Origin: Alphaproteobacteria bacterium
GTDB taxonomy: Bacteria > Pseudomonadota > Alphaproteobacteria > GCA-2746255
NCBI GenBank assembly: GCA_965249135.1
Contig: OZ252220.1
Coordinates: forward strand, 512,001 to 576,000
Direction: 5' to 3'
DNA: 64,000 nt
Shown: positions 55,423-64,000 of the stretch, piece after piece
Layout of the letters: the number at the start of each line of letters is the position of its first letter
Numbering within the stretch: the first letter of the stretch is position 1
Program-made: the position numbers and the translations under genes
The notes under the pieces: model-generated
Told to the model about the DNA's origin: nothing
What the model saw: the letters and a program-made list of their open reading frames with translations, nothing else
The model's database searches: none

Positions 55423-57834
55423 TCAGTGGGTCACGACGTCGCCGACGTCGCTCTGGTCATTCTTCGTCGCAACCGCTTCGATCTTTTCTTTGTCGCTCCA
55501 CTCGATCGGCGTCAGCGATTCGACAAGCGCATTGTGCAGAACATCATCGACGGTGCCAATCAGAATAATCTCCAGACCGCGTTTAATGTTCTGAGGAATC
55601 TCTACCAAGTCTTTCTCGTTATCCTTTGGAATCAATACGGTTTTGACCCCTCCACGAAGGGCGGCTAGTAGCTTCTCCTTGAGACCGCCAATGGGCAGAA
55701 CCCGGCCGCGTAGCGTGATCTCACCCGTCATGGCGACATCTTTCCGCACCGCAATACCGGTGAGCGCCGAGACGATCGCCGTGCCCATGGCGACCCCTGC
55801 CGAGGGCCCGTCCTTCGGGGTGGCGCCCTCGGGCACGTGCACGTGGATGTCCTTCTTCTCGAAGACGGCCGGCCGGATCCCGAAGTCGAGCAACCGCGAG
55901 CGAATGTAGCTGCGGGCCGCCTCCACCGATTCCTGCATGACGTCGCCCAACTGACCGGTGGGTTTCACGATGTTGCCCTTGCCCGGCATGACAACGGCCT
56001 CGATGGTGAGCAGTTCGCCGCCAACCTCCGTCCAGGCGAGCCCCGTTGCGACCCCGACCAAGTCCTCGAGTTCCGTTTCGCCATAGCGGAAACGACGAAC
56101 GCCCGCATACTTTTCGAGATTTCGTCGCGAGATGGAAAGCCGCTTCTTGCTTTTCATCAGAAGTTCTTTCGCCGCCTTCCGCATGAGACTCGCAAGTTCG
56201 CGTTCGAGATTACGCACGCCCGCTTCCCGCGTGTAGTAACGGATGAGGTCTTTCAGCGCCTCGGCCGAAATCGACCATTCGCTCTTCTTCAAGCCGTTTG
56301 CTTTCAACTGCTTGGAGATCAGGTGGCGGATCGCGATCTCGATCTTCTCGTCCTCCGTATAGCCGGGCAGCCGGATGATCTCCATCCGGTCCATCAATGG
56401 CTGCGGCATGCGAAGCGTGTTCGCCGTCGTCACGAACATGACGTCGGAGAGATCGTAGTCGACCTCCAGATAATGATCCTGGAAGGTCGAATTCTGTTCC
56501 GGATCCAGCACCTCGAGCAGCGCCGAGGAAGGATCACCACGGAAATCCGCACCGAGCTTGTCGACCTCGTCGAGCAGGAAAAGCGGGTTTATCGTCTTCA
56601 CCTTCTTCATCGACTGGATGATCTTGCCCGGCATCGACCCGATATAGGTCCGGCGGTGACCGCGAATTTCCGCTTCGTCCCGAATGCCGCCCAGCGAGAC
56701 GCGCACGAAGTTGCGCCCCGTCGCCCGGGCGATCGAAGCGCCCAGCGAGGTCTTGCCGACGCCGGGTGGTCCCACCAGGCAAAGAATCGGCCCGCGGATC
56801 TTCTTGGTCCGTTGCTGGATGGCCAAGTATTCGAGAATCCGTTCCTTTACCTTCTCCAACCCATAGTGATCGGCGTTCAGGACACGGGCCGCTTCACGGA
56901 TATCGCGCTTGATCTTCGAGCGCTTCCCCCAGGGAATGTTTAGCAGCCAATCCAGGTAATTGCGGACGACCGTCGCCTCGGCGGACATCGGGCTCATCGT
57001 GCGCAGCTTCTTGAACTCCGATATCGCCTTCTCGCGGGCTTCCTTGTCGAATTTCGTCTTACGGATTCGATCTTCGAGCTCGCCGAACTCGTCCCGGCCA
57101 TCCTCGGATTCGCCAAGCTCCTTCTGGATCGCCTTCATCTGCTCGTTCAGATAGTACTCGCGTTGAGTCTTCTCCATCTGACGCTTCACGCGATTGCGGA
57201 TCCGCTTTTCGACCTGCAGGACGCCGATCTCGGCTTCCATCATCGTGCAAATCCGCTCCAGACGTTCAGGGACGGAGATGAGCTCGAGCAGGGTCTGCTT
57301 GTCCCGAAGCTTCAACGCCAGGTGTGAGGCGATCGTGTCGGCAAGCTTCGAAGGCTCCTCGATCTGGTTGATGGAGACCAGCACCTCCGGCGGGATCTTC
57401 TTGTTGAGCTTCACATACTGCTCGAACTGGGAGATCACCGTCCGGGTCAGGGCTTCCGTTTTGTCCTCTTCGCCGAACACGTCCTTAGCTTCCTCGGCAT
57501 GGGCCTGAAAGTAGGGATCGGACTGGGTGAACTGAAGGATATTTGCCCGTCGCGCCCCTTCGACGAGCACCTTAACGGTCCCATCCGGAAGCTTCAGCAG
57601 CTGGAGCGCCGTGCCGACCGTGCCGACCGAGTAAATGTCGTCGGTCGTCGGGTCATCCTTGCTCGCATCCTTCTGGGTTACGAGAAGGATCTGCTTGTTG
57701 TCCTTCATGACCTCGTCCAGGGCACGGACGGACCTATCCCGGCCCACGAACAGGGGGACGATCATGTGGGGAAAGACCACGATGTCCCGAAGCGGGAGGA
57801 CCGGATAGAGGATGTTTTTGCTCAGATCGTTCAT
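55423..57834 (-). CDS. lon: ATP-dependent protease La
   Basis: [33 protein letters not shown]. Confidence 0.98.
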   Translation of the reverse strand: MNDLSKNILYPVLPLRDIVVFPHMIVPLFVGRDRSVRALDEVMKDNKQILLVTQKDASKDDPTTDDIYSVGTVGTALQLLKLPDGTVKVLVEGARRANILQFTQSDPYFQAHAEEAKDVFGEEDKTEALTRTVISQFEQYVKLNKKIPPEVLVSINQIEEPSKLADTIASHLALKLRDKQTLLELISVPERLERICTMMEAEIGVLQVEKRIRNRVKRQMEKTQREYYLNEQMKAIQKELGESEDGRDEFGELEDRIRKTKFDKEAREKAISEFKKLRTMSPMSAEATVVRNYLDWLLNIPWGKRSKIKRDIREAARVLNADHYGLEKVKERILEYLAIQQRTKKIRGPILCLVGPPGVGKTSLGASIARATGRNFVRVSLGGIRDEAEIRGHRRTYIGSMPGKIIQSMKKVKTINPLFLLDEVDKLGADFRGDPSSALLEVLDPEQNSTFQDHYLEVDYDLSDVMFVTTANTLRMPQPLMDRMEIIRLPGYTEDEKIEIAIRHLISKQLKANGLKKSEWSISAEALKDLIRYYTREAGVRNLERELASLMRKAAKELLMKSKKRLSISRRNLEKYAGVRRFRYGETELEDLVGVATGLAWTEVGGELLTIEAVVMPGKGNIVKPTGQLGDVMQESVEAARSYIRSRLLDFGIRPAVFEKKDIHVHVPEGATPKDGPSAGVAMGTAIVSALTGIAVRKDVAMTGEITLRGRVLPIGGLKEKLLAALRGGVKTVLIPKDNEKDLVEIPQNIKRGLEIILIGTVDDVLHNALVESLTPIEWSDKEKIEAVATKNDQSDVGDVVTH

Positions 57835-57868
57835 TCCAGCTACCTACCCGGCATTGCCGGTCGATGGT

Positions 57869-57897
57869 TATATGGCTCCGCCAAAGACGATTTCGAG
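57869..57897 (-). promoter_or_regulatory. Putative RpoH (sigma32) promoter of lon
   Basis: CTCGAA-N16-CCATATA resembles alphaproteobacterial heat-shock promoters. Confidence 0.5.
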
Positions 57898-57933
57898 CCG
57901 TTTTTTGGGAAGTACGCCCCGAGCGAGGACGGT

Positions 57934-59199
57934 TTAGGCGCTTGTCTCGACGTCGGTCTGCCGATCCGCGTAGATATAGAGAGGCTTGGCCCGGCCTTCG
58001 ACCACTTCCCGATTGATCACAACTTCCTCAACGCCATCTAGGCTAGGAAGCTCGAACATCGTATCCAATAAGTTCGCCTCCAGGATCGACCGCAGGCCCC
58101 GCGCCCCTGTCTTGCGCAGGATCGCCCGCTCGGCGATCGCCTGGAGGGCATCCTCCGTGAAGGTAAGCTGGACGTTCTCCATATCAAACAGCCGTTCATA
58201 TTGCTTGACGAGGGCGTTCTTTGGCTTCGTCAGAATCTCCACCAGCGCCACTTCGTCCAAATCTTCCAGAGTCGCGATGACCGGGAGCCGGCCGATGAAC
58301 TCCGGAATCAGCCCGAACCGCAGCAGATCCTCCGGCTCGACGTCGTGCAGGATCTCCCCGGTCTGACGGTCGTCCGGACCCCGCACGTCGGCACCAAAGC
58401 CGACGGCCGATCCCTGGCCACGAGCGGAAATGATCCGTTCCAGCCCGGAGAAGGCGCCGCCGCAGACGAAAAGGATGTTCGTCGTGTCCACCTGCAGAAA
58501 TTCCTGCTGCGGATGCTTGCGCCCGCCTTGGGGCGGAACGGAGGCAATCGTGCCCTCCATGATCTTGAGCAACGCCTGCTGGACCCCTTCACCAGAGACG
58601 TCCCGGGTGATGGAAGGGTTGTCGGACTTGCGGGAAATCTTGTCGACTTCGTCGATGTAGACGATGCCGCGCTGGGCACGCTCGACATTATAGTCCGCGG
58701 CCTGGAGCAGCTTGAGGATGATGTTCTCGACATCCTCACCCACATAGCCTGCTTCCGTCAGCGTCGTGGCATCCGCCATCGTGAAGGGAACGTCAAGAAT
58801 ACGGGCCAGCGTCTGCGCAAGGAGCGTCTTCCCACAGCCCGTCGGTCCGACAAGCAGGATGTTCGACTTGGCGAGTTCGACCTCTTCCGACCGGGCGCCA
58901 TGGCCAAGCCGCTTGTAATGATTGTGAACGGCAACGGAAAGCACACGCTTGGCATGTTCCTGCCCGATGACATAGTCGTTGAGCACCGTGTAGATGTCTT
59001 TCGGTGTCGGGACGCCATCCTGGGACTTGGCGAGCGTACTCTTGTTCTCTTCACGGATAATATCCATGCAGAGTTCGACACACTCATCGCAAATGAAAAC
59101 GGTCGGCCCGGCGATGAGTTTGCGGACTTCGTGCTGGCTCTTACCGCAGAACGAGCAGTAAAGCGTATTCTTTGAATCACCGCCGGTCGTCTTGCTCAT
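57934..59199 (-). CDS. clpX: Clp protease ATP-binding subunit ClpX
   Basis: CSFC..CDEC zinc finger, [18 protein letters not shown]. Confidence 0.98.
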   Translation of the reverse strand: MSKTTGGDSKNTLYCSFCGKSQHEVRKLIAGPTVFICDECVELCMDIIREENKSTLAKSQDGVPTPKDIYTVLNDYVIGQEHAKRVLSVAVHNHYKRLGHGARSEEVELAKSNILLVGPTGCGKTLLAQTLARILDVPFTMADATTLTEAGYVGEDVENIILKLLQAADYNVERAQRGIVYIDEVDKISRKSDNPSITRDVSGEGVQQALLKIMEGTIASVPPQGGRKHPQQEFLQVDTTNILFVCGGAFSGLERIISARGQGSAVGFGADVRGPDDRQTGEILHDVEPEDLLRFGLIPEFIGRLPVIATLEDLDEVALVEILTKPKNALVKQYERLFDMENVQLTFTEDALQAIAERAILRKTGARGLRSILEANLLDTMFELPSLDGVEEVVINREVVEGRAKPLYIYADRQTDVETSA

Positions 59200-59387
59200 A
59201 ACGGCCTCATTCGTATATTTGCCAGTACGTTAGCCCTAGCCCATTTCGCCTTGTAATGTCAAAACCTAGGCTGCCCAGGTAATGAAAATGATAACGAAAT
59301 TACATTTTTCGCCACTATTTTTATCAGGAGTTATCAAAACCCTAACGCGATTCAATGGTTATCAATATTTTGTTATTCTTGAAAGGC

Positions 59388-60011
59388 TTACTTTTCCGGT
59401 ATCGGGCGGCTCTTAACCACTGCATCGATCAGGCCAAATTCCAATGCCTCCTCCGGCGAGAGGAATTTGTCGCGTTCGACAGCCTCCTCGATTGCATCTA
59501 GGGTCTTACCGGTGTGCTCCACATAGATATCGTTAAGGCGAGAACGCAACGCAAGAATCTCTTTCGCCTGAATTTCGATGTCCGTCGCTTGCCCCTGGGT
59601 GCCTCCGGACGGCTGGTGGAGCATGATCCGCGAGTTGGGGAGCGCATAGCGTTTCTTCGCAGCCCCCGCGGCAAGCAGCAGCGATCCCATCGAGGCGGCC
59701 TGTCCGACGCAAACGGTCGAAACTTCCGGCCGGATGTATTGGATCGTGTCGTAGATGGCGAGGCCGGCGGTGACCGTGCCTCCTGGCGAGTTGATATAGA
59801 CGGAAATATCCTTGTTCGGATTCTCCGATTCGAGAAACAGCAATTGCGCGCAAATGAGACTCGCCCCGGCATCGTCGATGCCACCCGTGAGAAAGACGAT
59901 ACGTTCCTTGAGCAGCCGAGAATAGATGTCATAGGCGCGCTCCCCTCGATTCGTCTGTTCGACGACCATCGGGACCAGCAGATTCATGTGTGTGTCATTT
60001 GAATCGCCCAT
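59388..60011 (-). CDS. clpP: Clp protease proteolytic subunit
   Basis: [30 protein letters not shown]. Confidence 0.97.
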   Translation of the reverse strand: MGDSNDTHMNLLVPMVVEQTNRGERAYDIYSRLLKERIVFLTGGIDDAGASLICAQLLFLESENPNKDISVYINSPGGTVTAGLAIYDTIQYIRPEVSTVCVGQAASMGSLLLAAGAAKKRYALPNSRIMLHQPSGGTQGQATDIEIQAKEILALRSRLNDIYVEHTGKTLDAIEEAVERDKFLSPEEALEFGLIDAVVKSRPIPEK

Positions 60012-60063
60012 CGAATAAATCCCCGTTCCGGAAGGAAGCAGGTTTTGCCGCCTCGTCCTTAGT

Positions 60064-61539
60064 TTAACCCTTTGCCTTCTTTGCCGCCTTCTTCTTCGTC
60101 GTCTTCGCGACCATTTTACCACTTTTTGCCGCCTTTGCCGTCTTCTTGCCGGATTCGGCCTTCTTTTTGTCCATCCCGGCGGCCTTTTCCACGGTGGCCT
60201 GGACCTCGCCCAGCAATTCCTCAGGCGAAACGTTGCGCGTCGTGACCTTCGCTTTTTCCAAAAGAAAGCCGACGACCTTGTCTTCAAAAATAGGAGCGAC
60301 CAGCCGCCGCACACCCTCAGGATTTTTTTGATAAAATTCGAAGATCTGCGCCTCTTGGCCCGGATGTTGACGCGCTTCGCGCGCAATTGCCTCGTTGATT
60401 TCGGTCTGGGAAAGGGAGATGTCGTTCGACGAGCCGATTTCGGACAACAGCAAGCCCAGCCGGACGCGGCGTTCCGCGATCAGCCGGTATTCCTTCTTCA
60501 GGGCTTCCTCGTCCTTGCCCTCGAATTCGTCCTCGACTTCGGCGCCCTGCGTCTTGGCCATCTCCTGTTGTTTACGGTGGTCCTGAATTTGTTGCCAGAT
60601 CGTCTCGAACTCCACATCGACGACCCCTTGCGGCAATTCAAACGTATGGCCGCTTGCCAGGATGTCGAGATAGGCCCGCTTTTCGCGAACATATGCGACG
60701 TGCTGATATTCCCTTTCGAGACTCGTCTGCATCTGGGTGCGAAGCTCGTCCAGCGTCTGAACCCCGAACGTCTTTGCGAGCTCATCGTCGATCTCGAACG
60801 GGATGCATTCCTGAAGCTCTTTTACGGTGACGTCGAAAACCGCCTCCTTGCCGACCAATTCCTTGGCGGGGTACGCGTCGGGAAAGTTTAGGGTCACCGT
60901 GGCGCTTTCCCCAGCCTTCACGCCGACCAGCTGATCCTCGAAACCGGGGATGAATTGGCCGGAACCAAGCTCGAGCTGCAGGCCTTCTGCGGAACCGCCC
61001 TCGAAGGGCTCGCCGCCGATCCGCCCGACGAAGTCGATGACGACGAGATCCCCCATCTTCGCCGGCCGGTTCTCAGGAATAGGCTCAAAGCGCCGCTGGG
61101 CGGCGGCCGCGTTCTCGAGCGCCCGGACGATGTCCTTTTCTTCGATGACGGGCGTGAGTCGCTCGATCTCGATCTCAGAGAAATCCATGAAGTCGATCTG
61201 CGGTATGAGCTCGACCTTCAGGGTGAATTCAAGGTCCCTCCCCTCCGGGAAGGTGACGATTTCCGCTTGGGGCTGCATGGCCGGCCGCAGGCTGCGTTCC
61301 TTCAACAAGTGCTGGGAGGTCTCGGTCAGCATTTTCTGGACGATTTCCGCCAGCACGGACTGCCCATACTTACCGCGCACGAGCGACATGGGAACGTGGC
61401 CCGGCCGGAAGCCCGGCAGGTTTACCGTTGCGCTAAGCTCTTTTAGCTTTGCGTCGACTTTCTCTTCCACATCGGCCGAAGAAACGACGATCCTGAACTC
61501 GCGCTTCAGACCTTCGGCCTGGGTCTCCGTTACTTCCAT
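60064..61539 (-). CDS. tig: Trigger factor
   Basis: PGFRPGHVP ribosome-binding motif, FKBP domain ([13 protein letters not shown]), Lys/Ala-rich tail. Confidence 0.97.
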   Translation of the reverse strand: MEVTETQAEGLKREFRIVVSSADVEEKVDAKLKELSATVNLPGFRPGHVPMSLVRGKYGQSVLAEIVQKMLTETSQHLLKERSLRPAMQPQAEIVTFPEGRDLEFTLKVELIPQIDFMDFSEIEIERLTPVIEEKDIVRALENAAAAQRRFEPIPENRPAKMGDLVVIDFVGRIGGEPFEGGSAEGLQLELGSGQFIPGFEDQLVGVKAGESATVTLNFPDAYPAKELVGKEAVFDVTVKELQECIPFEIDDELAKTFGVQTLDELRTQMQTSLEREYQHVAYVREKRAYLDILASGHTFELPQGVVDVEFETIWQQIQDHRKQQEMAKTQGAEVEDEFEGKDEEALKKEYRLIAERRVRLGLLLSEIGSSNDISLSQTEINEAIAREARQHPGQEAQIFEFYQKNPEGVRRLVAPIFEDKVVGFLLEKAKVTTRNVSPEELLGEVQATVEKAAGMDKKKAESGKKTAKAAKSGKMVAKTTKKKAAKKAKG

Positions 61540-61603
61540 TCGATTCTCGCTCGTCGGGTGAGATCGTGAACCGACCGTGGGGCCGGCCACACATGCAGGC
61601 AGC

Positions 61604-61688
61604 TGGTGCGGGCGGAGGGATTTGAACCCCCACGACTTTCGTCACCAGATCCTAAATCTGGCGTGTCTACCAGTTCCACCACGCCCGC
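61604..61688 (-). tRNA. tRNA-Leu (TAG)
   Basis: GCGGGCGTGGTGGAACTGG..CCAGATTTAGGATCTGG..long variable arm..GTTCAAATC..CCA. Confidence 0.96.
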
Positions 61689-61884
61689 ATGGGTACTCCG
61701 GCCCCTACTGCGGCGTAAACCGGCCTACGCAGGCGGCTTATAGCATGGAAGGCATTGATAAAGTAAGCCTTCCGGCCTGGCCGAAAGACCGATGACCTTG
61801 GAACGCATGGCAACTCGGATGAAGAGAGAGAAGGAAGAGAAAGGAAAGAAGACCGCTTCAGACACCCATGCATGGATGCATACG

Positions 61885-61914
61885 TTAGTGAGCGTGTTCC
61901 GTGTAGCGTTCCGC
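61885..61914 (-). CDS. Putative 3' exon of the small hypothetical gene split by the intron (AERYTEHAH-stop)
   Basis: GCG GAA CGC TAC ACG GAA CAC GCT CAC TAA immediately follows the intron 3' end. Confidence 0.6.
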   Translation of the reverse strand, partial: AERYTEHAH

Positions 61915-61915
61915 A

Positions 61916-63839
61916 GTAGAGTCGAGGAAGGGCGCGGTGGTTTGTACCGCATTGGCATCACTCCGTTTCCCTTCCCCGCTCATCAAGCCGGACGTGCGAA
62001 TTTCCCGCATCCGGCTTTCCGACTGGCTTCATCCCGGGGCACACGGCGGGGGGCCAAGATGAACCCGGCGCAGCCGAAGCACGCCGAGATCCCCGAACAC
62101 GGTCCCAGCAGAGAACCGCGTGGTGCCGCGCGACGGCACCTTGTGACGCCTGACCAGAGAATGCCGCACGCGCTCATAGACGTAATTGTCGACCGCTCGA
62201 TAGGCCGGCAGGCGCGTCCCGTAGCCGAAGTAGTGCGGCCAGCCGCGCAGCACGCTGTTCAGCTGGTCGCGCCTCGGGCCAGGGTGCCTGGTTGCCGGGC
62301 CGCAGGAGCCCTCGGACCTTCAGCTTGAGCCGAGCCACGCTCTTCCTGGACGGGCTCGCCCCCAGATACCAGTGGCCATCCTTGCGAAAGCGCTGCGGGC
62401 CGAAGCTATAGCCCAGGAAGTCGAAGCTCTCCTTGCGGCCATCGCGGACGCTGGTCTTGGCCTCGTTCAGGGTCAGTCCCAGCCGGGTCATCACCTGCCG
62501 CGTCCAGACCAAGGCCTCCCTCGCGTGTCCGCGACTGAGGATGACAAGGTCATCGGCATAGTTCACCACCTCGGCGCGGAACCTTGTGCCCTGCCCGGTG
62601 ATCCGCCAGTACTTCAGAAAGCGGTTCATGTAGAGCGCGGCGAGCAGCGGCGAAACAATCCCGCCTTGCGGGGTTCCCCGTGTGCTCCCCCGGCCGCCCG
62701 TCATGCGCCGCTTGCCATCCCCGTCGGTCTCCTCGACCGGTGTCTTGAGCCACAATTTGATCAGGCGCAGGACGTTGCGATCGACGATCCGGCGCGCAAC
62801 CGATTGCATCAGTTCCGCATGGGGAATCGTATCGAAGTACTTGGACAAATCCGCGTCAACCACGTCCGTGTAGCCGCGACAGAGAAGCTTGTGGACCGCC
62901 TGGACGGCATCGCCCGCAGAGCGTTTCGGTCGGTAGCCATAGGCACTGGGCTCGAGATCGGCCTCGAAGATCGGTTCGATCACGAGCTTGACGGCGCCTT
63001 GCACCACCCGGTCCCGGATCGTCGGGATGCCGAGCGGTCGTTCGCCGCCGCCGGGCTTTGGGACCATCGCCCGCCGCACCGGCTCAGGTCTGTACGTCTT
63101 GGCGCGAAGGTCGTCCCTGATCCCGGACAGCCACCCCTCCAGCCCCATCGCCTCGATCTCCTCGAAGCTCTGTCCATCCACCCCCGGCGCGCCCTTGTTG
63201 GACCGCGCCAGTCGGTAGGCATGGAACAGGATGTCTTCGCGATAGACCTTGTCGTAGAGCAGGTAGAAGCGGAAGTCCGGTTCCGCCTTCGCCTTGAGAT
63301 AGAGCTTCCTCTGGAGAGTCCGGATCTTTTCAGGTGTTTGCAGGCGCATCGCCAATCACCCCGCCTCCTCTCCGTCAAAAGCGCACCAGAAGTAAGGGTG
63401 CTTCCCTCCGCCGGCATTACCCGGCATCAACGGTACTATCACCCTTTCCGATTCCCGCCCGCGCCGCCACCCGAGGTGACGTTGAGGCCGCTACCCTCGC
63501 CCGCGACGGGCCTCCCCCGATTACCCGTATCACCTTCCTTGCGTGCCGTGCCCACTACCCCGGCGGACCGGAACGGGTGCATTCGTCGGTTACTCCCCCG
63601 TTCCACGCGGCCTTCCCCTAATCTCAGGAGGGTCGGCGTCCATATCTTCACTTTCGAGGCCTGCTCAGGCCTCACTCGCGTTCGGCCCGCAAGGTCGCTC
63701 AACCGCCCAAGGCGGCCTTTGTCACAGGACTTCGGTCCCGCCGGTTACCCGACAAGACCGCCTGTCAGCTACCAGATCAAACCGACAACTGTCTGGGTGG
63801 ATCCTTCCTCCACTGGTGTTACGCGCCGTCGGGGCGCAC
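61916..63839 (-). mobile_element. Full-length group II intron (IIB-like, endonuclease-less)
   Basis: 5' GTGCG at 63839. Domain V AAGCCGGATGCGGGAAATTCGCACGTCCGGCTT (62017-61985) carries the AGC triad. Domain VI ends CTCGACTCTAC at 61916. RT ORF in domain IV. Confidence 0.95.
62029..63349 (-). pseudogene. ltrA: Group II intron reverse transcriptase/maturase, frameshifted in domain X
   Basis: GAPGVDG, RPLGIPTIRDRVVQ, YGYRP, DADLSKYFDTIPH, GTPQGG..SPLLA, YADD, FDFLG. The frame shifts near 62271 and the tail RDQLNSVLRGWPHYF.. continues in the 62029-62253 frame. Confidence 0.9.
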
Positions 63840-64000
63840 TAAGAATTTCCAGGCTAGCATGCGTGGTCCATCTTGCACGTCGTGATTGGCGCGGCGAATA
63901 CGCACTTGATACGTCACATGCGGAATGCCGTATGGGTCCGAACGTACGGCCAGAACTTTTGCCGTCTCGAGGACGGGCCCGGTATGTGGACAACGAAAGA
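63840..64000 (-). CDS. Putative 5' exon (partial) of the small hypothetical gene split by the intron
   Basis: Open frame 63998-63840 reads FRCPHTGPVLETAKVLAVRSDPYGIPHVTYQVRIRRANHDVQDGPRMLAWKFL; the start lies beyond the window. Confidence 0.6.

Noticed and set aside
54600-61700. Integrated element at the tRNA-Asp, tRNA-Val or tRNA-Leu 3' ends
   Set aside because: No integrase and no duplicated tRNA 3' fragment seen; the flanks are core genes.
62029-63349. RT as part of a retron, DGR, CRISPR-RT or defence system
   Set aside because: It lies within canonical group II intron termini with DV/DVI. No msr-msd, TR/VR pair, CRISPR array or effector gene is adjacent.
63769-63993. 74-aa ORF from the track crossing the intron 5' end
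   Set aside because: Low-complexity Ser/Arg-rich translation; the alternative frame 63998-63840 is more protein-like and joins the downstream exon.
1-64000. CRISPR array, rRNA genes, IS transposases or prophage genes
   Set aside because: No regularly spaced repeats or corresponding genes seen; almost all of the sequence is explained by housekeeping genes.

Overview
GC-rich alphaproteobacterial (Rhodospirillales-like) core-genome segment made almost entirely of housekeeping genes. In order: a disrupted divergent polysaccharide deacetylase gene, cueR-copA, trpG-trpD-trpC-moaC-moeA-lexA, comEC, gltX-gltA, the rpsB-tsf-pyrH-frr-uppS-cdsA-dxr-rseP-bamA-skp-lpxD-fabZ-lpxA-lpxI-lpxB cluster, dnaE-lolD-lolC/E-proS, a small insert (secreted hypothetical protein, SuhB/MmgR-like sRNA, tag), DUF1467-mce-rnj-coaX-birA, the complete nuoA-N operon, tRNA-Asp, tRNA-Val, HU-lon-clpX-clpP-tig and tRNA-Leu. 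The window ends with a full-length group II intron. I see no clear new multi-gene system. The best leads are: (1) the intron sits in sense orientation inside a small gene missed by the ORF track, its RT/maturase is frameshifted, and the expected host frame is restored only with a 1-nt shifted splice boundary; (2) a SuhB/MmgR-type sRNA has a perfect CtrA box over its -35 region; (3) short tandem duplications at gene termini remodel the CueR-dependent copA promoter and frameshift the pyrH stop; (4) copA-cueR is translationally coupled to a decaying deacetylase gene. All calls come from reading the sequence by eye; no searches were run.
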